Assembly (NCBI GenBank): GCA_045598385.1
Contig: JAZLLY010000016.1
Location: forward strand, 153 to 64,152
From: Eubacteriales bacterium
Lineage (GTDB): Bacteria; Bacillota; Clostridia; Oscillospirales; CAG-272
DNA length: 64,000 bases
Direction: 5' to 3'
Shown: one piece after another, positions 27,921-37,496 of the stretch
Numbering within the stretch: position 1 is the stretch's first letter
Layout: the number at the start of each line of letters is the position of its first letter
Notes under the pieces: generated by a model
Databases searched by the model: none
The model's input: the letters and a program-made list of their open reading frames with translations, nothing else
Told to the model about the DNA's origin: nothing
Translations under genes and position numbers: made by a program

Positions 27921-30089
27921 ATGATTTCGATAAAAGAAAAGGAGAAGCGCAAGCTCTGGTCGCTCAAAACCGACCGTCTTCCGATCCCCCGGGCGGACGT
28001 CACCGCTTGTGCCCACGAACTCGGCGTTCACCCTGTCGTCGCCAAGCTGCTTTATTTACGGGGAAATCAGACCGTTGACTCGATGAAGTCATTTCTTTCG
28101 ATGGAAGACGTCAGCATCCCGGATCCGTTTCTGATGAAAGACATGGAACTTGCCGTCGGAAGGATCCGAAAGGCAGTTATTTCTCATGAGAAAATCAAGA
28201 TTTACGGAGATTTTGACGCCGACGGCGTGACTGCCGTTTCCACGCTTTATCTGTTTCTTCGATCTCAAGGTGCCGACGTATCGTATTTTATCCCCAACCG
28301 TTTGAGCGACGGATACGGTGTATCGAAAGACTCGATTGATCTGATCAAAGCAGACGGGACGTCGCTGATCATTACCGTTGATACCGGTATCACGGCGGTG
28401 GACGAGATCGCCTACGCGAACGCTATCGGTCTTTCTTTCGTCGTGACGGATCATCACGAGTGCCCGTCGGAACTTCCGCCGTCGGTGGCAAACGTAAATC
28501 CGCATCGGCAGGACTGTCCTTATCCGTTCAAGGACCTTGCGGGCGTCGGCGTCGTGTTCAAACTGCTGTGCGCTTACGAAGAGCGCTTCAGCGGGCTTGA
28601 CCGCCTGAACGCCACGCTTTCGGTTTTTGACCGTTTTGCGGATCTGGTTTCGCTCGGTACGATCGGAGACGTCATGCCCATCGTCGGGGAAAACCGTATC
28701 ATCGTCAGTCACGGTATTTCCATGATGAAGAAAAATCCGAGAGTCGGAATCGCCGCTCTCATAGACGCCGTGGCAGGAAAACCCGTTGCCGGAAATACCA
28801 ATATCACATCGACTTATATCGGTTTTAATCTCGTCTCAAGGATCAATGCGGCGGGTCGCATTACGTCGGCTTATGACGCTTTGGATCTTTTCCTGACGGA
28901 TGACTATAACACGGCGCTTACTGTCGCGCAGGGGCTTTGTGCTGCCAACAAGATACGGCAGGACGAGGAAAATGAGATCCTCGCGCAATCGGAAGAGCAG
29001 TTGTCGCTTTATGCCGATGCCGAACGTTACCCCGTTGTCGTTCTTCAAGACGATCACTGGCATCACGGCGTCGTCGGGATCGTAGCCGCCAGGATTCTCG
29101 AAAAATACGGAAGACCAACCATTCTCGTGTCGTTTGAGGGAAACGGAGATACGCCGTCGGATGAAGACGTCGGCAAAGGATCCGGCAGAAGTATCAAAGG
29201 TCTGAATCTCGTCGGGGCGCTTCGCGGTTGTTCCGATTGTCTCATAAAATACGGTGGGCACGAGCTCGCCGCCGGGCTTTCCGTTTCCCGCGGAAATCTC
29301 TCGGTTTTCCGTGAGCGTATCAACGCGTATGCGAGAGAGAACCTTACGAATGACGCTCTGATCCCGAAACTCGAGGGAGATCTCAAAATACCGTTTTCGG
29401 ATGTCGGAATGACTCTTGCTGAGGATCTGCACGTTATGGAACCTTTCGGCACGGGGAATCCCGTTCCCGTTTTTTTGACGGAGGGATGCTTCGTCCGTGA
29501 AATCACATCGTGTTCCGGCGGCAAGCATACGCGTCTTTCTCTCGGTGACGGCAGTTTCGGCGTTACCGCAATGTATTTTTCTCACTCCCCGGAATCTCTC
29601 GGATTTCACGTCGGCGATCGTGTTGACGTCATGTTCAATCTCGACGTGAACGAGTGGAATAACCGCCGCTCGGCACAGATGATCGTCAAGGATATCCGTC
29701 TTTCGGAAATAAACGGAAAAGAAACGCCGCTTGATGAAGCCGAATTTTTAAGGGTCTGGAACGGCGGAACATATACCGCGGCCGATCAATATCTGCCGTC
29801 CCGCGAGGATTTCAAGGCGGTTTACCTGACTTTGTTATCCTGCTACCGCAACGGAGTCGGAACCTTGCGTTTTGACGAAATGCTCGCAAGACTTACGTTC
29901 GCAACGGAGACACCCCAACACGTTTCATACGTCAAGCTTCGCATCATCGTCAAGGTCATGATCGAATTGAATATCATGAATATTACGGAGAACGAAAACG
30001 GCTGTTCTTTCGCTCCCCGATTCCCGAGTGAAAAAACAGATCTCGAAAAATCTTCGTTACTGAAGAAAATACGTAATCAGCAAAATTAA
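27921..30089 (+). CDS. recJ: ssDNA-specific exonuclease RecJ
   Basis: YGDFDADGV, ITVDTG, TDHH, RINAAGR, GSGRS, GGHELAAG. Confidence 0.95.
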   Translation: MISIKEKEKRKLWSLKTDRLPIPRADVTACAHELGVHPVVAKLLYLRGNQTVDSMKSFLSMEDVSIPDPFLMKDMELAVGRIRKAVISHEKIKIYGDFDADGVTAVSTLYLFLRSQGADVSYFIPNRLSDGYGVSKDSIDLIKADGTSLIITVDTGITAVDEIAYANAIGLSFVVTDHHECPSELPPSVANVNPHRQDCPYPFKDLAGVGVVFKLLCAYEERFSGLDRLNATLSVFDRFADLVSLGTIGDVMPIVGENRIIVSHGISMMKKNPRVGIAALIDAVAGKPVAGNTNITSTYIGFNLVSRINAAGRITSAYDALDLFLTDDYNTALTVAQGLCAANKIRQDEENEILAQSEEQLSLYADAERYPVVVLQDDHWHHGVVGIVAARILEKYGRPTILVSFEGNGDTPSDEDVGKGSGRSIKGLNLVGALRGCSDCLIKYGGHELAAGLSVSRGNLSVFRERINAYARENLTNDALIPKLEGDLKIPFSDVGMTLAEDLHVMEPFGTGNPVPVFLTEGCFVREITSCSGGKHTRLSLGDGSFGVTAMYFSHSPESLGFHVGDRVDVMFNLDVNEWNNRRSAQMIVKDIRLSEINGKETPLDEAEFLRVWNGGTYTAADQYLPSREDFKAVYLTLLSCYRNGVGTLRFDEMLARLTFATETPQHVSYVKLRIIVKVMIELNIMNITENENGCSFAPRFPSEKTDLEKSSLLKKIRNQQN

Positions 30090-30109
30090 CGACCGTTTGG
30101 AGTATCACG

Positions 30110-32317
30110 ATGGATCCTTTCGCAAAACCTTTGTTTGATTTGATTCTGAAAAGTGAAAAAAATTATAACGTCGAGAAGATCACGGAAGCGTACGAATACG
30201 CCTCTCTCTGTCACGACGGTCAGATGCGTCAGAGCGGGGAACCGTATATCAGTCATCCGCTCGCAGTTGCCACGATCGTCGCCGAACTCGGTCTCGATAC
30301 CGATTCCGTGTGTGCCGCGTTGCTCCATGATACTGTCGAGGACTGTTCCGATAAAACCAACCTTGACGTTATAAGAAAGAAATTCGGCGACGACGTCGCG
30401 CTTCTCGTGGACGGCGTGACCAAGAATATCCAGGTCCAACTCGCCGACAAAGAAGAAGAGCATATCGAAAACATCCGGAAAATGCTTCTCGCGATGAACA
30501 AGGATATCCGCGTTATCTTTATCAAACTTTGCGACCGTCTCCATAACATGAGGACGCTGACCGCGAAAAAAGAGGAAAGACAGCGTGCGATCGCCCTTGA
30601 AACCATGTATATCTACGCACCTCTCGCTCACCGTCTCGGTATGCAGAGAATCAAGCAGGAACTCGAAAACCTCAGTCTGATGTATCTGGATCCCATCGGC
30701 TATCATGAAGTGGAGGAGGAGATCCGTAAGAGGTACGGATTGTCCCGTAATCTTCTGCAGGAGGCAGAAAAACTGATCGGGGAAAAACTCGCGGAGAACG
30801 GGATCGGTTACAAGCTCGAAAGCCGTATCAAGTCGGTTTACAGTCTTTACCGCAAGATGTATTCTTTCAATAAATCCTTCGACGAAATCTACGATTTTTA
30901 CGCCGTGAGGATCATCCTCGACACGGAACTGGAATGTTATACCGCACTTGGCCTCGTTCACGAAATGTTCAAGTCCGTGCCCGGCCGTTTCAAGGATTAT
31001 ATTTCCACGCCCAAGCCCAACCTTTACCGTTCCTTGCATACGACGGTCATCGGAAACGGCGGTTTTCCTTTCGAGGTGCAGATCAGAACACAACAGATGC
31101 ACGAGGAAGCCGAATTCGGTATCGCCGCGCACTGGAAGTATAAATCGGGAGAAAAATCGCAGGAAAGTATCGACGAGAAACTCCGCTGGATCGCACAACT
31201 TCTCGAATCCGACGAAAATACCAGAGATCCAGAAGAGTTCATGCGTTCTTTCAAAACGGATATTTTCCATGATGAAACTTTCGTATTTACGCCGAAAGGG
31301 GACTGCATATCTCTCCCGCAGGGGTCAACCGTCATAGATTTTGCCTATGCGATCCATTCCGCTGTCGGTAACAAGATGACCGGCGCGAAGATCAACGGTG
31401 TCATCGTCCCGATCGACCGGGTGCCGCAGAACGGTGAGATCGTCGAGATCATCACCGGCGGGGCAAGCAAAGGGCCGAGCCGCGACTGGCTGAAGATCGT
31501 GACGACGGCACAGGCAAAAAGTAAGATCCGTCAATGGTTCAAAAAAGAAAAAAGAACAGAAAATATCCAGGTCGGAAGAGCGGAGATTGAAAAGGAAGTC
31601 AAGAGGATGGGCGGGAATGTTACCGCCGAACAACTCGATGAGATCATCGCCGCGATCGGGAAAAAGATCGGTATTACCGACGCGGATGATTTCTACAATA
31701 CGCTCGGCTTTGGCGGTATTACGATCACGAGATTCCTGCCGAAGATCAAAGAAGAGATTGAAAAACTAAATGCTGCGGAAGCTTTGCCGCTTTCAAGTGA
31801 AGAAGAACTGAAGAACGTCAAGATCGAAGCAAACAAAAAACGCCTTCGTTCCAGTGGCGGTATTTTGATCGACGGAGAGAGCGGATGTCAAGTAAAGTTT
31901 GCAAAATGCTGCAATCCGCTTCCCGGCGACAGCATCGTCGGATTTATTACCCGCGGCTTCGGCATATCCGTTCATAAATCGGACTGCAAAAACGTGGTCG
32001 CGAGCCGTACGGAAGAAAATCTTTCCCGCTGGGTCCATGCCGAATGGGAGAAAGCGTCCGGCTCCCACGAGGCGACTTACGAAGCAGGCATCCAGATGTG
32101 CATCCGTGACGGTATCGGCATCATCGCCGCTATTTCGACCATTCTCGCAGATATGAAGGTGCCCATCATGTCCATCAATACGCAACAGGGGAAACAGCCC
32201 GACGAACGATTTGTGAATCTTTCGATCGCCTGCAAGAGTACCTCCCATTACGACGCTATCGTCAGCAAACTCAAGACTTTACCGTTCGTCATTTCCGTCA
32301 CGAGAGGTAACGGCTGA
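30110..32317 (+). CDS. relA: Bifunctional (p)ppGpp synthetase/hydrolase Rel
   Basis: GEPYISHP, LLHDTVED, DRLHNMRTL, RFKDYI, EVQIRT, TGS (DFAYAIHS), CC motif, ACT. Confidence 0.96.
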   Translation: MDPFAKPLFDLILKSEKNYNVEKITEAYEYASLCHDGQMRQSGEPYISHPLAVATIVAELGLDTDSVCAALLHDTVEDCSDKTNLDVIRKKFGDDVALLVDGVTKNIQVQLADKEEEHIENIRKMLLAMNKDIRVIFIKLCDRLHNMRTLTAKKEERQRAIALETMYIYAPLAHRLGMQRIKQELENLSLMYLDPIGYHEVEEEIRKRYGLSRNLLQEAEKLIGEKLAENGIGYKLESRIKSVYSLYRKMYSFNKSFDEIYDFYAVRIILDTELECYTALGLVHEMFKSVPGRFKDYISTPKPNLYRSLHTTVIGNGGFPFEVQIRTQQMHEEAEFGIAAHWKYKSGEKSQESIDEKLRWIAQLLESDENTRDPEEFMRSFKTDIFHDETFVFTPKGDCISLPQGSTVIDFAYAIHSAVGNKMTGAKINGVIVPIDRVPQNGEIVEIITGGASKGPSRDWLKIVTTAQAKSKIRQWFKKEKRTENIQVGRAEIEKEVKRMGGNVTAEQLDEIIAAIGKKIGITDADDFYNTLGFGGITITRFLPKIKEEIEKLNAAEALPLSSEEELKNVKIEANKKRLRSSGGILIDGESGCQVKFAKCCNPLPGDSIVGFITRGFGISVHKSDCKNVVASRTEENLSRWVHAEWEKASGSHEATYEAGIQMCIRDGIGIIAAISTILADMKVPIMSINTQQGKQPDERFVNLSIACKSTSHYDAIVSKLKTLPFVISVTRGNG

Positions 32318-32784
32318 TGATCGCTGTCATTCAACGTGTCTTTTCCGCCGGTATCGTCGCCGACGGTATTGATAAAGGTAGAATCGGAAAAGGGCTTTAT
32401 ATTCTTCTCGGAGTCGAAGAAAACGATTCGGTCAGGGACTGTCGTCTTCTTGCCGATAAGATCGTGAAACTCCGTATTTTCAGCGACGCTGACGGAAAGA
32501 TGAATCTTTCCCTCGCCGACGTCGGGGCAGACGCCGCCGTTGTATCCAATTTCACCCTTTGCGCCAATTATGCCCACGGCAATCGGCCGGATTATCTTAT
32601 GGCGGCAAAACCTGCCGTAGCCGAACCGCTTTACCTCCATTTCGTCTCCCTTTTACAAGAACGCGTTTCTCACGTCATAACGGGAACGTTCGGTGCCGAT
32701 ATGAAAACGTCGATGGAAACCGACGGTCCTGTGACTATCGTGATGCACTCCTCCGTTCTCGGAGGAAACGGCAATTTCAAATAA
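32317..32784 (+). CDS. dtd: D-aminoacyl-tRNA deacylase
   Basis: MIAVIQRV, LRIFSDADGKMN, SNFTL, DGPVT. Confidence 0.93.
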   Translation: MIAVIQRVFSAGIVADGIDKGRIGKGLYILLGVEENDSVRDCRLLADKIVKLRIFSDADGKMNLSLADVGADAAVVSNFTLCANYAHGNRPDYLMAAKPAVAEPLYLHFVSLLQERVSHVITGTFGADMKTSMETDGPVTIVMHSSVLGGNGNFK

Positions 32785-32799
32785 GAACGGATTGATTTT

Positions 32800-34302
32800 A
32801 TGATACTGCACGCTGAAGGAAACGTAAAACTGTATTATCTGCAAACGCTTTGTCTGATCTTCTTTCCCGGCTCTACGTTTTCTCCCGATGAAGAACCGGG
32901 GGAGGGTGTGCCGGAAGTATTTGTCAAAGTGTACCCGGATAACGATAATAATGCCTGTACGGCATACGTTTCCATACGGTTAAACGATAAAATATGCGAG
33001 TCGAGCGAGACTGTTTCTTACGACGTTCCTCTTGTGATGGCGGATCACGAATCCTTGGCTGTCGGACGTGCCTTTTTCGCCGCAGGAAAAGAACTTCTCG
33101 GTCTGACCTCCCCCTGGGGTATTCTGACCGGGATACGCCCCTCGAAAATTGCCGCGAAACTCCTTCTTGCCGGAAACGGCGTATTGAAGACCCGGAAGAT
33201 CCTGCACGAAGAGTATCTTCTGAATCCGCAAAAAGCGGCACTTGTCACGACTGTCGCCGGCTCCGAGATCAAAACGCTCAAAAGTATGCCGAAAAATTCG
33301 TGTTCCCTGTACATATCCGTGCCGTTTTGCCCGACGAGATGCGCGTATTGCAGTTTTGTGTCCTATACGACTCCGAAACTTCTTTCCCTGATTGATGAGT
33401 ATCTCAATTGTCTGATCAAGGATCTCGGAAATACCTTCACGACAATCCGCAAACTCGGGTTTTCCATCCATACGATATATATAGGCGGAGGAACCCCCAC
33501 GATCCTGTCCGCGGCGCAACTTAAAAAACTACTGTCGTACATACACCGTCATCTTCGTGACGGGGAAGCGGTCGAGTTTTCGCTCGAAGGGGGGCGCCCC
33601 GATACGATCACCAAAGAAAAAGTCGATATGGCGGTATCTTACGGCGTAACCCGCATGAGCGTAAATCCGCAGACGCTGAATGACGATATTCTCAAAGAGA
33701 TCGGAAGAAAGCATACCGTCGCGGATTTTTACCGCGCGTACGATATTGTAAAAGCGAGCGGTATCAAGGATATCAATATTGATCTGATCGCCGGATTACC
33801 CGGCGACGATTTCAAAAATTTTTCCGATACGATGGACAAGATCATTGCTCTTCATCCTACGAACATTACCGTTCATTCTTTCACAGTCAAGAAAGCATCC
33901 GACGCATTAAAACGCAATTCCGCAATTTATTCTACGGCAGGAACTGATGCGACAAAGAGTGTTGCTTATGCGCAACTGAAGACGAAATTCGCCGGATACC
34001 GACCGTACTATATGTACAAGCAAAAGAATACGATAGGGAATCTTGAGAACGTCGGCTATGCCGTTGACGGTGCAAAATGTCTTTATAACGTTTATATGAT
34101 GGAAGAAAAGCAAACGATCTTCGGTGTCGGTGCCGGTGCCGTCACAAAACTCGTTTCACTCACAGAGCGTCCGGAGGACGTCAGGATCAAACGCATCTTC
34201 CAGCCGAAATATCCTTATGAGTATCTTCAGGAAAATCACGACGATCTGATGAAACAGACATCACTACAGATCCTGTCATTTTTTGACGGTACGGTTTCAT
34301 AA
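32800..34302 (+). CDS. hemZ: HemZ-like radical SAM protein
   Basis: PWGILTGIRPSK, CPTRCAYCSF, IGGGTPT, PYYMYKQK. Confidence 0.88.
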   Translation: MILHAEGNVKLYYLQTLCLIFFPGSTFSPDEEPGEGVPEVFVKVYPDNDNNACTAYVSIRLNDKICESSETVSYDVPLVMADHESLAVGRAFFAAGKELLGLTSPWGILTGIRPSKIAAKLLLAGNGVLKTRKILHEEYLLNPQKAALVTTVAGSEIKTLKSMPKNSCSLYISVPFCPTRCAYCSFVSYTTPKLLSLIDEYLNCLIKDLGNTFTTIRKLGFSIHTIYIGGGTPTILSAAQLKKLLSYIHRHLRDGEAVEFSLEGGRPDTITKEKVDMAVSYGVTRMSVNPQTLNDDILKEIGRKHTVADFYRAYDIVKASGIKDINIDLIAGLPGDDFKNFSDTMDKIIALHPTNITVHSFTVKKASDALKRNSAIYSTAGTDATKSVAYAQLKTKFAGYRPYYMYKQKNTIGNLENVGYAVDGAKCLYNVYMMEEKQTIFGVGAGAVTKLVSLTERPEDVRIKRIFQPKYPYEYLQENHDDLMKQTSLQILSFFDGTVS

Positions 34303-34341
34303 CCCATATATCCTGTTCATATATTTGGACAGGATTTTTTT
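34297..34341 (+). promoter_or_regulatory. Terminator hairpin overlapping a SigE-like promoter
   Basis: TCATAA-15-CATATATT; stem ATCCTGTTCA/TGGACAGGAT plus T-tract abutting the ATG. Confidence 0.5.
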
Positions 34342-35898
34342 ATGAAACGGAGAGATCTTGTGACGGAAAAAGTGAGAAAGAGCGCCTGGACTCTGACGGT
34401 ATCCGCGCTTACGGTAAAAGTGATCGGTGCGGTCTTCAAGGTTCCGCTCCTCCGTGTTCTGACAGATGAGGGCATGGGGTATTTCAATACCGCATACACG
34501 ATCTATTCATTTTTATATCTGATTTGTACCGCCGGTGTCCCGAAAGGTATCTCCATTCTTTTATCCACGAAGAATACGACCGAGTCTTATCGTAAAGTCG
34601 AAGCAATATGTTTCCGCTTTTTCCTCATCCTCGGTGCCGGAGTATCGGTTTTGCTTCTGATTTTGTCTTTTCCGCTTTCACGGCTGATCGGCAACTCCGA
34701 CGCGGCTTTTACGCTTATTGTTATGGCACCTTCCTTGATCTTCATATCGTTATCGGGCGTTTGTAAAGGTATTTTCAATGAAAGGAGAGATTTTCTGTCC
34801 GTCGCGGTTTCCGACGTGATCGAAAGCGTGATGAAATTATCTCTCGGCTTGGCTTTTTCTTTATTCGCAACATTGAAAAAATGGCCTTTGCCGATCGTTT
34901 CCGCTTTTTCGGTCCTCGGCATCACCATCGGTTCGGTTATAGGATTTCTTTATTTGCTTATTCACTATAAAGCAGAGAAGAACAGCCGAAAGCTTACTGT
35001 CAAAGTCGGAAATAACGATGCTTTCCGTATTCTGAAAGAACTCTTTTCCATTACATTTCCCATCACGCTCGCGGCGGGGGTTAATTCCCTGTCTCATCTG
35101 ATCGATCTCGGACTGATCATGAAACGACTGATGGCAGGCGGCGTGTCCTCCGAGGATGCGATTGCCCTTTACGGTAACTATACGACGCTCGTCGTCCCGA
35201 TGTTTGCGCTCGGGGGAAGTATCGCCGTCAGCGTCAGTCTATCCGCACTTCCGCAACTATGCCGTGAACGAAATGACAGATCCGGTTTCTTTGCCGTTTA
35301 TCATTCTTACACGGTCAGAATGTCGTATATTATCGTTCCGATGTCTTTCGGACTTTTCTTTTTCGGGGAGACGGCGCTTCGTCTCCTATTCCCGGCATCC
35401 AGCGTAGAGATCGCCGCACCTTTACTGAAACTGATTTCTCCGGCGATCTTGCTGTCGGCTTTATTCACAATGACTTCGACGGCGCTTGAGGCGGTCGGAA
35501 AACAAAGCGCGGCTCTGTTATCCGTGACACTCGGTGCAGTTGCAAAGATTGCTGTCAGTTACTTTTGTATCGGAAACCCCGATATCGGGATGAAAGGGGC
35601 ACCTCTCGGCACGCTGGTTTCCTGCGGTGTCACGTTATTGACGTCTTCCGTTTTATTGTATATGGACAAAGGCGTTTTCCCGGATCCGATACGTGAATTT
35701 ATCTCGCCTTTCCTTTGCAGCGTGCCGGCTTTTCTTGCGGTCTCTTATTACTTGAGATCGAAGACAAACGTCTTGTCTTTCCGTGATAATTTATTTGCGG
35801 TTATACTCGGAGGCGTAATATATATTTTTATTTTAGGATGCGTTTTCTATGGCCGGAAACTTCTTTTTCACGATGAGAAATTGTGCAATGTGCAATAA
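34342..35898 (+). CDS. SpoVB/YabM-like MOP-family flippase
   Basis: VKVIGAVFKVPL, EGMGYF, TAGVP, many TM segments, yab-cluster context. Confidence 0.85.
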   Translation: MKRRDLVTEKVRKSAWTLTVSALTVKVIGAVFKVPLLRVLTDEGMGYFNTAYTIYSFLYLICTAGVPKGISILLSTKNTTESYRKVEAICFRFFLILGAGVSVLLLILSFPLSRLIGNSDAAFTLIVMAPSLIFISLSGVCKGIFNERRDFLSVAVSDVIESVMKLSLGLAFSLFATLKKWPLPIVSAFSVLGITIGSVIGFLYLLIHYKAEKNSRKLTVKVGNNDAFRILKELFSITFPITLAAGVNSLSHLIDLGLIMKRLMAGGVSSEDAIALYGNYTTLVVPMFALGGSIAVSVSLSALPQLCRERNDRSGFFAVYHSYTVRMSYIIVPMSFGLFFFGETALRLLFPASSVEIAAPLLKLISPAILLSALFTMTSTALEAVGKQSAALLSVTLGAVAKIAVSYFCIGNPDIGMKGAPLGTLVSCGVTLLTSSVLLYMDKGVFPDPIREFISPFLCSVPAFLAVSYYLRSKTNVLSFRDNLFAVILGGVIYIFILGCVFYGRKLLFHDEKLCNVQ

Positions 35899-36030
35899 AA
35901 AAAGAAGATAAATTTGGCGAAATAGACGAAGTGAAAAAAACAAATACGGAAAATAAGTGGAGTTTCCTTGTATTTTCAACGGTTTTCGGTATAATGGATA
36001 CGTCCATTAAAAATTGAAAGGAACAAAAAA

Positions 36031-36306
36031 ATGAACAAACTTGATCTTGTAAACGTAATTTCCGCAGAGACCGGTCTGAAGAAGAAAGATGCCGAGTCCG
36101 CACTCAACGCTACGATCGCCGCTATCGAAGGCGCTCTGAAAGACGGCGACAAAGTGTCCCTTATCGGATTTGGTAACTTCGAAGTCAAAAAGGTTGCTGC
36201 TCACATCGGACGTAACCCTCAGACCAATCAGGAAATCAAGATTCCCGAATGCAAGAAGCCCGTATTCACCGCTTCTAAAGTACTGAAGGATTCCGTCAAC
36301 GGTTAA
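36031..36306 (+). CDS. hup: DNA-binding protein HU
   Basis: MNKLDLV, LIGFGNFEV, GRNPQT. Confidence 0.96.
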   Translation: MNKLDLVNVISAETGLKKKDAESALNATIAAIEGALKDGDKVSLIGFGNFEVKKVAAHIGRNPQTNQEIKIPECKKPVFTASKVLKDSVNG

Positions 36307-36308
36307 TT

Positions 36309-36554
36309 TTGAGACTCGATAAATATCTGAAAGTATCCCGTTTGATCAAACGACGTACGGCTGCCAACGAGGCATGTGACGACGCTCACGTTTCGGTAAA
36401 CGGAAAAACAGCGAAAGCGTCCTATGACGTCAAAATCGGGGACGTGATTTCGATTCTTTTCGGATCCAAGACGGTCAACGTACGTGTCCTTGACATTCGC
36501 GATACCACAAAAAAATCCGAATCTGCAGGTATGTACGAAGTCCTGTCCGATTAA
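36309..36554 (+). CDS. yabO: S4-domain RNA-binding protein YabO (RqcP)
   Basis: MRLDKYLKVSRLIKRRTAANEAC; TTG start. Confidence 0.92.
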   Translation: MRLDKYLKVSRLIKRRTAANEACDDAHVSVNGKTAKASYDVKIGDVISILFGSKTVNVRVLDIRDTTKKSESAGMYEVLSD

Positions 36555-36560
36555 AACCGA

Positions 36561-36608
36561 ATAATGTAAAAAGCCATTTCATATCTTATGATTGAAATGG
36601 CTTTTTTT
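36561..36608 (+). terminator. Terminator after yabO containing a SigE-like -10
   Basis: AAAAAGCCATTTCA..TGAAATGGCTTTTTT; ATA-16-CATATCTT. Confidence 0.6.
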
Positions 36609-36618
36609 CGGAGGTTTT

Positions 36619-36879
36619 ATGGAAGAAAAACAAGTTTTGCAACTGACTGACCGGCATCACATGACGCTGAATACCGTGCTTTGCGTTTCCGCTTTCGATC
36701 ATTCCTACGTGAAACTGGGAACGGAAAAGGGTGAAATCGAGATCGCAGGGAAAGATCTGAAAATCACGGATCTGTCAAAAGAGAAAAAAAGTGTGATTCT
36801 TGAGGGTGAAATCAAGGACATTTCCTTTTCTGAGAAAAACGACAGATCAAAAAGTCTTTTCGGCGGAAAACTACGTTGA
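36619..36879 (+). CDS. yabP: YabP/YqfC-family sporulation protein
   Basis: LTDRHHMTL..VSAFD..LGTEKGEIEIAGKDLKI..LEGEI; GGAGG RBS; synteny. Confidence 0.8.
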   Translation: MEEKQVLQLTDRHHMTLNTVLCVSAFDHSYVKLGTEKGEIEIAGKDLKITDLSKEKKSVILEGEIKDISFSEKNDRSKSLFGGKLR

Positions 36880-37466
36880 AGTATTTTTCGGTATATTCCA
36901 TAGTCCGGTGTTACCTCTCTGCGGCGGGAGTCGGTCTTTCGTGCGGTATCATTTATCCGATTTTGGGGGATATTAAAAAAGCAACAGAAGAATGGTTCGT
37001 CCTATCCTTTCGTTGCATCGCAAAAGGACTGTCCGATCGCCCAAAACCGCGTGAAGTGAAATTGTCTTTCTTGTCCGATTTTTTGTATTTCTTCTGCTTT
37101 TCCGCTTTCTTTCTTCTGATCCTTTACGTCTTTTTGGATCTGACTTTCCGTTTTGCCGCATTGTTTTTCGTGATCACGGGTTTTTCTCTCGGTTTTTTCA
37201 TTTCCAAAAGATATCTTCATAAATTTTTCCGTTTTCTTTACGAAAAAGTGACGGGTATTTACGCTCGATTTCTGATCGTCATTACCGCTCCTTTGCGTTT
37301 TCTTGCCTGTGCTTTTTTCGATTTTATATTGGCTCCTGTACTTGATGCGATGAAAATAGCGTTAAAAACCGGAAAAACAAGGAAAATTATCCGTCAAAAA
37401 ATGAAATCTTATTCCTCTTTTTTATTGACGCGTGCGCGCAAATATGATAAAATAAGCATAGCGTAG
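36876..37466 (+). CDS. YabQ-like spore cortex membrane protein
   Basis: Multi-TM, FLSDFLYF, follows yabP. Confidence 0.6.
   Translation: MKYFSVYSIVRCYLSAAGVGLSCGIIYPILGDIKKATEEWFVLSFRCIAKGLSDRPKPREVKLSFLSDFLYFFCFSAFFLLILYVFLDLTFRFAALFFVITGFSLGFFISKRYLHKFFRFLYEKVTGIYARFLIVITAPLRFLACAFFDFILAPVLDAMKIALKTGKTRKIIRQKMKSYSSFLLTRARKYDKISIA
37425..37453 (+). promoter_or_regulatory. SigA promoter of glg operon
   Basis: TTGACG-17-TAAAAT with TG extension. Confidence 0.7.
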
Positions 37467-37479
37467 TAATAGCGTAGTA
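37458..37479 (+). repeat. Perfect tandem repeat ATAGCGTAGTA x2
   Basis: Two adjacent 11-bp copies between the -10 and the glgB RBS. Confidence 0.85.
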
Positions 37480-37496
37480 AAAGAAAGGAAGTCGCC

